Assembly (NCBI GenBank): GCA_002269645.1
Contig: NIVC01004374.1
Coordinates: 1-48,087 of the forward strand
Reading direction: 5' to 3'
DNA: 48,087 nucleotides
Source: Macrostomum lignano
Taxonomy: Eukaryota
In this document: positions 12,601-35,400 of the stretch, one piece after another
How the letters are laid out: each line of letters begins with the position of its first letter
Numbering within the stretch: position 1 is the stretch's first letter
Made by a program: the position numbers and the translations under genes
The notes under the pieces: generated by a model
The model's database searches: none
What the model saw: only the letters and a program-made list of their open reading frames with translations
What the model was told of the DNA's origin: nothing

Positions 12601-15600
12601 ACCATGGCAACGGTGTAGACGGTGACGCCGACACCCGAGCCGACGCCGACGACTGCCGCCTGCTGCGAGACCAGCTGGGCGACGCTCTTCGCCAGTGCAA
12701 CGCCGCATGCTGCGCAGCCGAGCAGATGTGCACCTTGGCTGAGCTGCCAATCAGCGACGACTTGGCCGACGCCGGCAAGGGATTGCGGCTAGACGCGCAG
12801 CTGTACCGCCTCGGCTGCCTGCACCGGTTGCCGTCGGGCAAGAGGTTGCTAGTCTGCCTGACCGGCGACTGCCTGCTGCTCATCGCCTGCCGCAGCGGCC
12901 CGAGGCGCTTCCGGCTGCTGGAAGGCATCCGACTGGATGGCCTCGAGGTCGACCTTCAGCCAGTTGAGGCGTCGGTTGCTATGGAGACCAACGCGTTTGC
13001 CGTGAGCGGAACTTTCAGCCTTCGGCAGAGGCAGCGCTGGCGGCGTGTTGCGCTGGCAGCTGAGACACCGCGGGAGCAGCGACTCTGGCTGGAGGATCTG
13101 GCGGCGGCTCGTGCTGGAGCTGCGGACGGCTCCCCCTCGCCGCCTTTTGAACTGACGGCGCTGCCAATGCCGCCACCGATATCGACGGAGCTCCAGATGC
13201 TTCAGCGACGCTTGTCAGTTGCGCGCGCCTGCTGGCATCTCGATGGTGGCGTCAGTATTGGCGCCAGCGAGTTGGCGCGTTGGCGCGCCTGCCGGCTCAG
13301 CGGCCACCTGCTGCGGAAGCTGCGCGACTCGCCCGGCTGGCAGCGGCTCTGGTGGTGCTGGCCTGGGCGGCCCTGCACTTTTACAAGTCCTACCATGTTA
13401 GTGCGGGGGACTGGGAGACCGTAGCGCTTAGGAATGTACTTTTAGTGCTAATTGTAAAATGCACCTTTAGTGTTTATGATGGAATGAACGCTTGGTGATA
13501 ATGATGGAATATACTTTTAGTGTCTATGGTGGAATGTACTTTTAGTGTCTATGGTGGAATGTACTTTTAGTGTCTATGGTGAAATGTACTTTTAGTGTCT
13601 ATGGTAGAATGTACTTTTAGTGTCTATTGTGTAGTGTACTTTTAGTGCTTGTGGTGAAATGTACCTTTAGTGATAAGGAGAAATGTAAATTTGATGGCGC
13701 ATTTCATCGCATCAGTAGGCAAGATACAGCGGTTCTTGTGGCATCCGAAATTTGACAGCAGCCTTAATTTAAAGAACTTCAAGAGCAGACAAAACTGCAT
13801 TCAATACTAGCACTATAAATTGGAGATGAAGCGCACTCAAGGCTCCGAGCACTCTGCGTGCATTACTATGAAGGCAATCGTATAGATTAGAATGGGCAGG
13901 CAGCCCAATTGGCCAAAAGTTAATTGACCGTGGCACAGCGCGCTGACTCAACGGTCTATCAGCAGCAAAGTCGAATTTCCTGCAGACGTGAAAGGGTCGA
14001 AGAGAAAGGGGGCTGAGGAGAAGTCTGAAGTTGATCGCTTCATCAAGCCTGCCGCTGCTCTTAAATGCTCTTTTCTTTGCGCGCACCCTTTGACTGCGAC
14101 TCGGTTCCTCGTAAATTCCCAAATTATACTCTCTGGCTTGAACTTTGCTCCGAAATTTTACTCGAACTCAATTTTCATTAGCCTGCAATTGCAACTCAAT
14201 TTTCTTCTTCACTGCTGGAGAGACGAAAATTTAATTGAGAAAGTGAACGATTGAGAGGGGTTTGGTCTGCTGTCATCGTTGAGGCCGCAGGGATTGAACC
14301 GCCCCCACACTGCCCGCCCAATCATTGCCTAATTCCCTCACTGCTCGTTCAATCATTGCCTAATTCCCTCACTGCCCTCCCAATCATTGCCTAATTCCCT
14401 CACTGCCCTCCCAATCATTGCCTAATTCCCTCACTGCCCTCCCAATCATTGCCTAATTCCCTCACTGCCCGTCCAATCATTGCCTAATTCCCTCACTGCC
14501 CGTCCAATCATTGCCTAATTCCCTCACTGCCCGCCCAATCATTGCCTAATTCCCTCACTGCCCTCCCAATCATTGCCTAATTCCCTCACTGCCCGTCCAA
14601 TCATTGCCTAATTCCCTCACTGCCCGTCCAATCATTGCCTAATTCCCTCACTGCCCTCCCAATCATTGCCTAATTCCCTCACTGCCCGTCCAATCATTGC
14701 CTAATTCCCTCACTGCCCTCCCAATCATTGCCTAATTCCCTCACTGCCCGTCCAATCATTGCCTAATTCCCTCACTGCCCTCCCAATCATTGCCTAATTC
14801 CCTCACTGCCCGTCCAATCATTGCCTAATTCCCTCACTGCCCGTCCAATCATTGCCTAATTCCCTCACTGCCCTCCCAATCATTGCCTAATTCCCTCACT
14901 GCCCGCCTCCCTCAGTACCCGCCTCCCTCACTAACCACCCCTCAAGCAGCAGCACCATCAGCTCCTCAAGCAGCCAGCGTACACGAAGCCGGAACTACGT
15001 ATAAAAATCCCTCGATCTCCCCTCCCTCCCCAAAGGACGAGTCGCCAACGGCAGTTCTACCCCTGATTGGTTGCCGGATCGGCCGCCCAGACAGTCCAGC
15101 GGACCAGGCGATCATCGGAGAGAAGAGGCACGCGTTTCGCCTGCAGTGCGGCAGCCGGAAGTACTACTTCCGGTCAGACTGTGCCTACACGTGTGACAGG
15201 TGATGGATGCAGAAGGAAGCATCATTATCAGCAATCAGTCAGCACTAACTGAGTGGTCTAGCAGCAAGTTTAGTTGAGCATATGCGGTCCGTAGACTGCA
15301 GTTTTCATTCACACAAGTTTACCAAGCTAGTTTTCCAAGAAATGCAAGTAAAGTCCTGGCAAAATTTCTAGGTGTAGTATAGACCGAATTAGTCTGGTGA
15401 AACCCGTTGAGAAAGTGCTAAGGCATTTTAAGCTCTCCAATAATTTAATTTCAAATTTCCTTAATAAACTGCTCAGAGTTCGCCTTACTTTTCGGCAATG
15501 CCCGAAGTCCTGCAAACCAACTGACCCTGCATATTAGTATTGCATTATTAATATTAGCATTATTAATTACTCCCGCAGATGGTTTCAATCAATTAGTCGG

Positions 15601-15648
15601 GTTCTGTCTCCATGGCAACAAGAAGCCAATCCTGCCGCGCGAACGTGA
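59..15648 (+). CDS. FARP: FERM/RhoGEF(DH)/PH protein, FARP1/2 (Cdep)-like; 5' FERM part lies upstream of the window; contains frameshifts
   Basis: Inferred exons: 59-132 (RYC[G]RTQKQLIEFVRENYVKRPQFDR, FERM-adjacent motif), 399-644, 1062-~3833 (acidic/Pro/Gln low-complexity linker), 12094-13396 (DH: YQLCKELLLTERSYQLDL...PAHRLLQYRLL, then PH1 and start of PH2 LSGHLLRKLRDSPGWQRLW[V]VL...FYKSYH), 15036-15199 (DESPTAVLPLIG...FRLQCGSRKYYFRSDCAYTCDR), 15579-15648 (WFQSISRV...TGA). The last three junctions are GT-AG and phase-consistent; AATAAA at 15695-15700. The junction from the linker exon to the DH exon is unresolved. Confidence 0.85.
676..978. repeat. 30-bp minisatellite (GTCCGGTGAGTCATTCCGTCCGGACAGTTT), ~10 copies
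   Basis: Period visible directly; FARP intron. Confidence 0.95.
4010..4325. repeat. 20-24-bp minisatellite (GGGGGCGCCAAACCAGCATTA), ~14 copies
   Basis: Period visible directly. Confidence 0.95.
4791..5445. repeat. 19-bp C-rich minisatellite (CCAACCCCACACCCCATAT)
   Basis: Period visible directly; explains the 19-aa repeat ORFs. Confidence 0.95.
6095..6385. repeat. Degenerate 15-bp repeat (CTGTTTCTCATGCGT)
   Basis: Period visible directly. Confidence 0.85.
6535..8290. repeat. 25/26-bp G-rich minisatellite (GTGGCGTGGGTTGGGATGCATTGATA and variants), ~69 copies
   Basis: Period visible directly; internal ~406-bp duplication marked by variant units near 7371 and 7777. Confidence 0.95.
8326..8612. 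repeat. Polypyrimidine (CT-rich) low-complexity tract
   Basis: Almost entirely C/T on the + strand. Confidence 0.9.
9545..10375. repeat. Polypyrimidine (CT-rich) low-complexity tract with internal duplication
   Basis: Almost entirely C/T on +; the block near 9800-9980 recurs near 10080-10260. Confidence 0.9.
10800..12090. repeat. 23-bp minisatellite (CCCCAGTCACTCAAACCCGCACA), ~56 copies
   Basis: Period visible directly; ends at the FARP DH-exon acceptor. Confidence 0.95.
13500..13665. repeat. 25-bp degenerate repeat (GGAATGTACTTTTAGTGTCTATGGT), ~6 copies
   Basis: Period visible directly. Confidence 0.85.
14312..14905. repeat. 31-bp minisatellite (CCAATCATTGCCTAATTCCCTCACTGCCCTC), ~19 copies
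   Basis: Period visible directly. Confidence 0.95.
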
Positions 15649-16364
15649 CCAGGCTCAATCAATATAGATCGGGACAAACGAGTCCGATTTTGAAAATAAA
15701 AAACAGACGATAAAAATGAGCCAATTGACTGCTTTTATTAAATTTTTTGTTGGCGGCCAGAGACAGACATGTTGCTTATTTATTAGCATCATCATATTAC
15801 AGACAGCAATGAAATTAATATGCTTTAGCGAGCACAACAGAAAGAGAGGACAGGAAAAAGCAAACAAAGTTACAATGCATTTTCGTTTGCGAACTGAAAG
15901 TTTCGAATAGTTTTTGAAGCCCCTCGTTCGTCTCGCAAAAATAAGCAGCGGATATACTACTGCTACTAGTTGAGCAGTAGCATAACTGGCTGAATTAGCA
16001 AATTTATAAAGCGCTCGCGGTTAAATAAGTGATGCAACAAGTCGGACTAAAACTGATTGGTGGAACAATTAAAGGTCATAGAAGTGCGCAGAGATGCGGC
16101 AAAGCCCTAAGGCATTTATTAGCGTCTTGACGGTCATCGGGATAGTAAAAAAACACCCCAGCGGCGCAAGGGCAGGTATTAAATAACAAAGGTTAAATAC
16201 ACCAATAAAAAATCAAGAACTGTTTATCTCGCATATTAAATTTGTGTTGATTTTCAATGTTTCTTTAAGTTTTCTTACCAGAATAAACTGAGAGGAGCTT
16301 TTGACAGATAAAAGCTGACAATTTTATTTGGCCCGCTGGATAAAACCACAGGTGAATCGGTGTT

Positions 16365-17433
16365 ACAGGTAAACCGGTTTCACAGGTACACCAATGTCAC
16401 AGGTAAACCAATGTCACAGGTAAACCGGTTTCACAGGTAAACCAATGTCACAGGTAAAACAGTTTCACAGGTAAACCAGTTTCACAGGTAAACCAGTTTC
16501 ACAGGTAAACCAGTTTTACAGGTAAACCAGTTTCACAGGTAAACCAGTTTTACAGGTAAACCAGTTTCACAGGTAAACCAATGTCACAGGTAAACCGGTT
16601 TCACAGGTAAACCAATGTCACAGGTAAACCGGTTTCACAGGTAAACCAGTTTCAGAGGTAAAAACCAGTTTCACAGGTAAACCAATGTCACAGGTAAACC
16701 GGTTTCACAGGTAAACCAGTTTCACAGGTAAAAACCAGTTTCACAGGTAAACCAGTTTCACAGGTAAACCAGTTTCACAGGTAAACCAGTTTCACAGGTA
16801 AACCAGTTTTACAGGTAAACCAGTTTCACAGGTAAACCAATGTCACAGGTAAACCGGTTTCACAGGTAAACCAATGTCACAGGTAAACCGGTTTCACAGG
16901 TAAACCAGTTTCAGAGGTAAAAACCAGTTTCACAGGTAAACCAATGTCACAGGTAAACCGGTTTCACAGGTAAACCAGTTTCACAGGTAAACCAGTTTCA
17001 CAGGTAAAAACCAGTTTCACAGGTAAACCAGTTTCACAGGTAAACCAGTTTCACAGGTAAACCAGTTTCACAGGTAAACCAGTTTCACAGGTAAACCAGT
17101 TTCACAGGTAAACCAATGTCACAGGTAAACCGGTTTCACAGGTAAACCAGTTTCACAGGTAAAAACCAGTTTCACAGGTAAACCAGTTTCACAGGTAAAC
17201 CAGTTTCACAGGTAAACCAGTTTCACAGGTAAATCAATGTCACAGGTAAACCGGTTTCACAGGTAAACCAGTTTCACAGGTAAACCAGTTTCACAGGTAA
17301 ACCAGTTTCACAGGTAAACCAGTTTCACAGGTAAACCAGTTTCACAGGTAAACCAGTTTCACAGGTAAACCAGTTTCACAGGTAAACCAGTTTCACAGGT
17401 AAACCAGTTTCACAGGTAAACCAGTTTCACAGG
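16365..17433. repeat. 17-bp minisatellite (CACAGGTAAACCAGTTT), ~62 copies
   Basis: Period visible directly; ~259-bp higher-order duplication (CAGAGG variant at 16653 and 16912). Confidence 0.95.
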
Positions 17434-17534
17434 AACATAAGAATCAGAGATTAGCCAGTTGAACAATGCCCGATCCCGCAGAATAATCAGCATCATAAAT
17501 CAATGACAAACAAAACGATCCCACCCAATGCCCA

Positions 17535-20500
17535 TCACTGCGGCAGGCCGCAGATCTCGCAGGCCGCATTCTCGCCGCCGCCGGAGTTCTGAAAAGTGCA
17601 ATGCCGGCACTGCCAGCCGGCGCCGGATTGGCTGAAGGCCACCGCTTTCACCACCTCCCAGTTCGGGCAGGAATTAACGAACGCCTCGGCCGCTGCGGAG
17701 TCGCCCGACATCACGTGACGCAACAGTTCGCGCAGCTGCTCGGGCGGGAAAGCGATGACGGGATCGGTGAGCAGGTGAAATAGCAGGTGAAAATCCGATA
17801 ATACGACGGCTAATCCTCGCCCGGAAACGGTTTCTAAGGCGTCGCGAAGGCTGCTAGCCGCAGTTTCTCCGCCAATAGAGGCCCGGTTTTCAATCGGGAA
17901 CCGGTTGGCGGGCTGGAAGGAGCAGGCGTGCTCGGAGGCGTCCTTGGCGAAGCCGACTGGCATGTCGATTAGGAGGAAGTCCACTGGCAGCGGCCTGCGG
18001 GAATGAAAACAGGCGCGCCAAAAAGCGTCTGGGTAGCGCTAAAATAGCATCAGGGGTGGCGCTAAAAAAGCGTATGGCGCCAAAATAGCGCCTGGGACGA
18101 TGGCGCCAAAATAGCGCCTGGGATGATGGCGCCAAAATAGCGCCGGGAGAGAGAGGCGCCAAATCTATTTGGGAGAGCCGCCCTCGGCTTTGGATCATAA
18201 ATCAAAGCTCAATCCTCACCTAGCGAGTCGCTTCATCCGATTGCCATACTCATTAGTGCCGCTATAGAACACGTCCGGGGCAAACTGGCCGTCCTTGGTT
18301 CGCTCCCTGCACCAGGCCAGCTCGGGCGCGTCAAACGTAGGCACCAGAATCTCGTCCCGGACCAGCGCCATGCCCTGATTGGACAGCTGATAAGCGGTTG
18401 GCGCGATCTGATTGGTCTGATCGCCAGTCAGCACACAGGTGACAAATTTGGAGCCGAACCGGCCGCCCTCTGCTTTGGAGCAAATATTGGGGTGCTGTAC
18501 CTGCAGCTGGCCTGCCGTGATGGCCTCCTCGGCGCTGAGAAAGAATGTGTCGCCTGTGCCGCGGAAGTGCAGCACCTGGGTTTTCGGTAGCGTTTTTGGG
18601 GATTATGTCTGATTGTCACTCCACACTGTCTGATTGTCACACCACATAGTTTGATTGTCACTCTACACTGTCTGATTGTCACTCCACACTGTCTGATTGT
18701 CACACCACATAGTTTGATTGTCACTCTACACTGTCTGATTGTCACTCCAAACTGCCTGATTGTCACTCCACACTGTCTGATTGTCACTCTACACTGTCTG
18801 ATTGTCACTCCACACTGTCTGATTGTCACTCCACATAGTTTGATTGTCACTCCAAACTGTCTGATTGTCACTCCACACTGTCTGATTGTCACTCCACACT
18901 GTCTGATTGTCACTCTACACTGTCTGATTGTCACTCTACACTGCCTGATTGTCACTCCACACTGCCTGATTGTCACTCTACACTGTCTGATTGTCACTCC
19001 ACACTAAATGTCACTCCAAATTGGCCATTGGCACTCACCTTCCCGGACTCGTCAGCAGGCAGTAGGTCGGTGAAGACCCAGCCAACCAGCTGCATGCCCA
19101 GCATGTTCAACAGGGCATCCAAAGCCGGCTTATGCGGATCCTCGGGCTCCAGCAGGACCCGGTGCTTGTGGCACTGCTGAGGCGGCTCGTAGATGGCCGC
19201 CACGACAGCTTTAATGCCGAGCGAGACACCGGCGTGCCGTTCGTACCGGCCGACCAGGTAGCCGATCCGCTGGTGCCCAGACCGGCGCCAATAATTAACG
19301 AACCGGTCCACAATTGACGGATGCTCGAATTGCAGATAGTCGACATGCCGATAGCCTTGCTGCTCCAGCGTCAGCGGGTCCGGCATGCAGGCGCTGCAGA
19401 TGCCGGTTGAATCATGATTCCGGCAGCCCGGCTTTTTGCGAGCGCTCACATTGGCCAAGGCGCCGCTGTACTTTTCAGCCTGGGGTTGTTAGAGGCGCCG
19501 TTTGTTATTTACTACTGATAGTAGCTGGAAGTGCACACACAGATGCAGATCCTATTCGAACTGGAAGTGCACATAATTGCAGGCACTATTCGAACCGAAA
19601 AAGCTCGTACACACAACTAGACACTATTAGAACCGGAAGTACACACAAGTACAGGCACTATTTGAATCGGAAGTACACACAAGTACAGGCACTATTCGAA
19701 TTAAAATGCACACAAAATGCAGACACTATTCGAACCAGAAGTGCACATAATTGCAAAAACTATTAGAACCGGAAGTGCACACAATTAGACAGTATTCGAA
19801 CCGGAAGGGCACATAATTGCAGAAACTATTCAAACCGGAAGTGCACATAATTGCAGAAACCATTAGAACCGGAAGTGCACACAACTAGACACTTTTAGAA
19901 CCGGAAGTGCACACAACTAGACACTTTTAGAACCGGAAGTGCACACAACTAGACACTTTTAGAACCGGAAGTGCACACAACTAGACACTTTTAGAACCGG
20001 AAGTGCACACAACTAGACACTTTTAGAACCGGAAGTGCACACAACTAGACACTTTTAGAACCGGAAGTGCACACAACTAGACACTTTTAGAACCGGAAGT
20101 GCACACAACTAGACACTATTAAAAACGGAAGTGCACACAAAATACAGACACTATTCGAACCAGAAGTGCACAGAACTAGACACTATTAGAACCGGAAGTG
20201 TACACAAAATACAGACACTATTCGAACCAGAAGTGCACACAACTAGACATTATTCGAACCAGAAGTGCACACAACTAGACACTATTCGAACCGAAGCACA
20301 CAAAAGCGTTGGCTACCTGAATCTTGCGCAGAAAAGCGTGAAACGGCAGATATTTGACAGGCGGATCCAGACTAGCCAAATATTCACTGTCGTACGGCTC
20401 CAAAGGGGCGCAGTGCAGGCAGCCGGCTCCGTCGGAATGTCGGCACATTTTCGGATCGCGTTTTCGAATAATTCGACCGTCCTCGCGGTCTAATTCAACA

Positions 20501-20865
20501 TCTAGAGGATCGTCAGGCGTGGTGGAGGCTGAGCCAGCCTTAGCTGAGACTACGCTGGCGGCAACGGAAGCTCCACCAATGGACGGCTCAGCCAAGCTGT
20601 CGGCAATAGAGGACGGCTCACCAGCGGAATCGTTCTGCCTGACAAACAGAGAATCGCCGTGTTTAAGGCCAACGCTGGCAACGGACTGAGTGCGGCTACG
20701 CGGCAGAGCCTGCTGTTTACCGTTGGCCTGGCGCCGGTTCAATTGAAACGAAGACTCCGGTAGGCCAAGCGTCTTGGCGGCGCGACTGTACAAGGAGGCC
20801 AACTTCTCCGTGTCGCCGACCTCCAATCGTTGGGTGCCCTTGGGCGAGCGCAGCGCGATCAGCAT
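17535..20865 (-). CDS. NPLOC4: Nuclear protein localization protein 4 homolog (p97/Cdc48 cofactor), 601 aa
   Basis: Exons 20865-20317, 19479-19039, 18575-18220, 17994-17535, all GT-AG and phase-consistent (1806 nt). N-terminal UBL (MLIALRSPKGTQRLEV), zf-Npl4 (CRHSDGAGCLHCAPLEPYD), MPN-like (RIGYLVGRYE...AAIYEPPQ), C-terminal NZF (WQCRHCTFQN...CEICGLP). An in-frame upstream ATG exists at 20880. Confidence 0.96.
18607..19005. repeat. 21-bp minisatellite (CTGATTGTCACTCCACACTGT), ~19 copies
   Basis: Period visible directly; NPL4 intron 2. Confidence 0.95.
19550..20300. repeat. 32-bp minisatellite (TTAGAACCGGAAGTGCACACAACTAGACACTT)
   Basis: Homogeneous core at 19860-20110 with diverged flanks; NPL4 intron 1. 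Confidence 0.92.
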
Positions 20866-21608
20866 TGGCAATGAGTGCATGCATGTATTTTTCAATTTTT
20901 TTATGATAACGTAAAATAAGCGTATTTTCGCAGAACTCTACTTAGTAAGTAGCGTGTTGAAGATTTTCATGTTCTTGACTACGTTTGAGACAGAGCGTCA
21001 GATTAGCCGGGTTTGGCCATAGACAGCAGCTCGGGACCAATGAAAACCCAGAATCGAATTTAGTGCAACAACCGGAAAAACAGCAACAATTTACTCTCAT
21101 AAAAATGATTTTATTTAAAAGCAAAAAATAATAATAGCATTTCAACAACAATTTAACAATAACAGATATGGAGATGGAACAATATTACCAACAATTAAAA
21201 AAATGAAGAGTTATGCAAACAATAGATTCAGTTTACTTTTTGGATAGGCACAAAGGTTAGTAGCTCTATCAGGCGATACAATCAACTATAAATAAATATA
21301 CACATATGGACCAAGGGTCGGCAGACCCCTGCCCGTGGGTCCTTTGAAACTTTGCAATAGCAATCCGGTCCGCTCAAGGTTTGTCTTTTCTCAGCTCTCT
21401 TACCTCCCCTTTCTCTTTTTTGCTCTCATCCCATATCCCATATCCCATCTCTTTCCTCTTCCGTTCCTCTCTCGCCTTGGCTCGTGGCCATTAGCTGGCT
21501 CTACAAGCAACTCATTTAACAATCAAGCAGATCCTATTGTCTTGGAAACAATTGAAACAATGTGAATGCAAAGCAATTTGCATATTATAGAAGTAGAACG
21601 CTACTCTT

Positions 21609-21981
21609 TTTTTATTATTAGGCAGGGGGGTTGTGTGCACCCTGGCGCACTTTAAGCGACATAGGCACACAACCGGCGAGAGGCATTACTGCCCATTCCG
21701 CCGACTCCCCTGAGCAGGCATACAAGCGCGCGGATACGTACGCAGTCATACGCACAGGCACACACTCACACAGGAGTGTACAGCGGCCCTAACTTTATTT
21801 TATCGTTAGGCATGTACACTTCACTGCGCCTTGGGGGGTTGGCTCTCAAGGCCGTTAATTGCACGAGCAGAGCCAAGCTGAGATTCCAATTCAGCCCCAA
21901 ATTAATGTGACTGCACTTGGAATCGAGCCTGGGTCGCTGGCACACCAGAGCAGCTGCGCTACCGCTGGGCTACGGCCCCCT
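21609..21981 (-). mobile_element. Full-length tRNA-derived SINE with 13-bp target-site duplication
   Basis: The - strand head has A box TAGCCCAGCGG and B box GGCTCGATTCC, with a 3' tail TAATAATAAAAAAA. GAACGCTACTCTT is repeated at 21596-21608 and 21982-21994. Confidence 0.85.
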
Positions 21982-22193
21982 GAACGCTACTCTTAGTACA
22001 GTAATAAGAAATATCGCGCGAAATTCGAGATCAATCAAGGAATATTGTCAAATTATATTTTGGTCCCTTCAGGTATAATACGCTCCTAATGAAGAAAACA
22101 AATTTCATTACTCTCAGCTAAAACATGTTCAATTGTGAGGTGATCTAAAAAAATTAATTCATAAAATTGCTACCCAAGATATTGACTATACTG

Positions 22194-33530
<11,337 letters not shown>

Positions 33531-34204
33531 GCAAAAAAACACGGCGAGAAAATTGCAGTTTTAATATAGCAAAAAACGCTACTGATACTACTTGACTAAG
33601 AATTTTTCAAATGCTAACTAAAAACTGATTTATTAAAAAGTGCTATCCGTCTACTATGAGTAAATTTCTAGCGTTTTTTTATTTATTTAAACTTAAAAAT
33701 AATTGAAGAGTAAAACAGTTGACAGAATAAGCTTCGCATCAAACAAGGGCTGTTGTGAGTTAAACAAATTTTTATTTTTGCCGTCTTGCGAACGAGCGTG
33801 CTTTGTGCTAATCACGTGCACGTTTTCTAAAGTTCTGAACTTGTTTATATAGATGGCAGCGTTAGGGCTTTTTGGAACTCATTTGAATAAGATTAGCTTG
33901 TTAATTACATTAATGCTAGCTATAACTATTTTATGCGCAAGTACATACTACTAAAAGGGTGATTTATTAAACTGTTTTTTATATATTGGGGTGGCAATGG
34001 AGAATTAAAGTGCGTTTATATGTTCAAAAAAACTGTTATTAAATGTTACACTATTCTAGAGTCTTGTTTGCAATGGTTCACTCAGAGGTGTCAGAACTAG
34101 CGACGGGTCGAGCCGGGAGAACTCTGAAATGAATTGTTAGAAAGATTTTAACTATGCAACTGGATTAGGAAACAAAAAATTCCATAGCTATTTATTGAGG
34201 GTCT

Positions 34205-34572
34205 GTGAGGCTGGCCCAGCAACTGAGGATCTGGGAGGCTGGCCCAGAAACTGAGGATCTGGGAGGCTGGCCCAGCAACTGAGGATCTGGGAGGCTGGCC
34301 CAGAAACTGAGGATCTGGGAGGCTGGCCCAGCAACTGAGGATCTGGGAGGCTGGCCCAGAAACTGAGGATCTGGGAGGCTGGCCCAGAAACTGAGGATCT
34401 GGGAGGCTGGCCCAGAAACTGAGGATCTGGGAGGCTGGCCCAGCAACAGGATCTGGGAGGCTGGCCCAGAAACTGAGGATCTGGGAGGCTGGCCCAGAAA
34501 CTGAGGATCTGGGAGGCTGGCCCAGCAACTGAGGATCTGGGAGGCTGGCCCAGCACCTGAGGATCTGGGAGG
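34205..34572. repeat. 28-bp minisatellite (CTGGGAGGCTGGCCCAGAAACTGAGGAT), ~13 copies
   Basis: Between COX6C and SLC35B3. Confidence 0.95.
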
Positions 34573-34685
34573 GTGCTTATATTAGCGTACTGTGATAATA
34601 CCAAGAAATCGCTCGGCAAATCCAAAATTATATATCAGTTGTGTACATCATAACACCTACCTCTCACACCCAGCCGGACACCTGT

Positions 34686-34949
34686 TTAGATGAACTTATC
34701 AATGCAGATGTTGCCCTCGCGATCAACCGATTTGAACAGGCCGGCCTCGTAGATGCGCTTGAAGACCGCCTTCTGGTGGTCGAGGTCCTGCACCTTGGCG
34801 TGGTACTCTTTGTAGGCCTTACGGCGCGGCAGAATATGGGCCAGGGTGTAGTAGGTGCAGATGGCAGTTGGCACCAGGAACCAAAAAATGCCGTGCCGTC
34901 TAACCTGGGCGGCGTAGAGGCCGCGCAGCATTGGCTTGGTGCTGCTCAT
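34686..34949 (-). CDS. COX6C: Cytochrome c oxidase subunit 6C, 87 aa, intronless CDS
   Basis: KPMLRGLYAAQVRRH, one TM segment, RRKAYKEY and IYEAGLFKSV match the COX6C pattern (KP-MRGL...RKKAY..FY...AGIFQSV). Confidence 0.88.
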   Translation of the reverse strand: MSSTKPMLRGLYAAQVRRHGIFWFLVPTAICTYYTLAHILPRRKAYKEYHAKVQDLDHQKAVFKRIYEAGLFKSVDREGNICIDKFI

Positions 34950-35400
34950 TGTTGTATTCGATTATTATTGCTGCGGAGACAGTTATGGTTTTAAAAGTGC
35001 TTTCAATCATGAAAAAGTTGAATAAGTAGTCAAATTCTACATGTTAACAAAAAAGTTTTAAAATAAAATGGAATGCTTATAGAAATAAAATATTGTTTTA
35101 TTTGCTTTTTCGATTTGAATAATAAACAATATATAAATCTATAGAAGGTATGCAGTTTCTTCTAGAGTATATAATTTGTCTTTAAATTTTTATTCGCAAA
35201 ACTTTTAGTAGGCCCTATAAATACTTTGAAACCTAATGCCATTTTTAAAGAATTTAAATGCACTTTTACTGAACTGATTTGATTATTGCAATAATTAGCA
35301 CAGCAAAGCTAACTTGCTAATACTTACAACTATATAAGTTAAATATAAATCTTATATCATATTTTCATAGAGAAATGAAGGCCAACACCAACATATAAGA

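Noticed and set aside
60-13360. Programmed ribosomal frameshifting in FARP
   Set aside because: No slippery heptamer or stimulatory structure at the shift sites. Single missing G bases fit sequencing indels better.
13500-13665. TEAD-site array (TGGAATGT)
   Set aside because: Only about two exact copies in a degenerate array; not distinguishable from chance.
21905-21981. tRNA gene
   Set aside because: It has A and B boxes but no canonical anticodon arm or acceptor stem, and it continues into a SINE body with tail and TSD.
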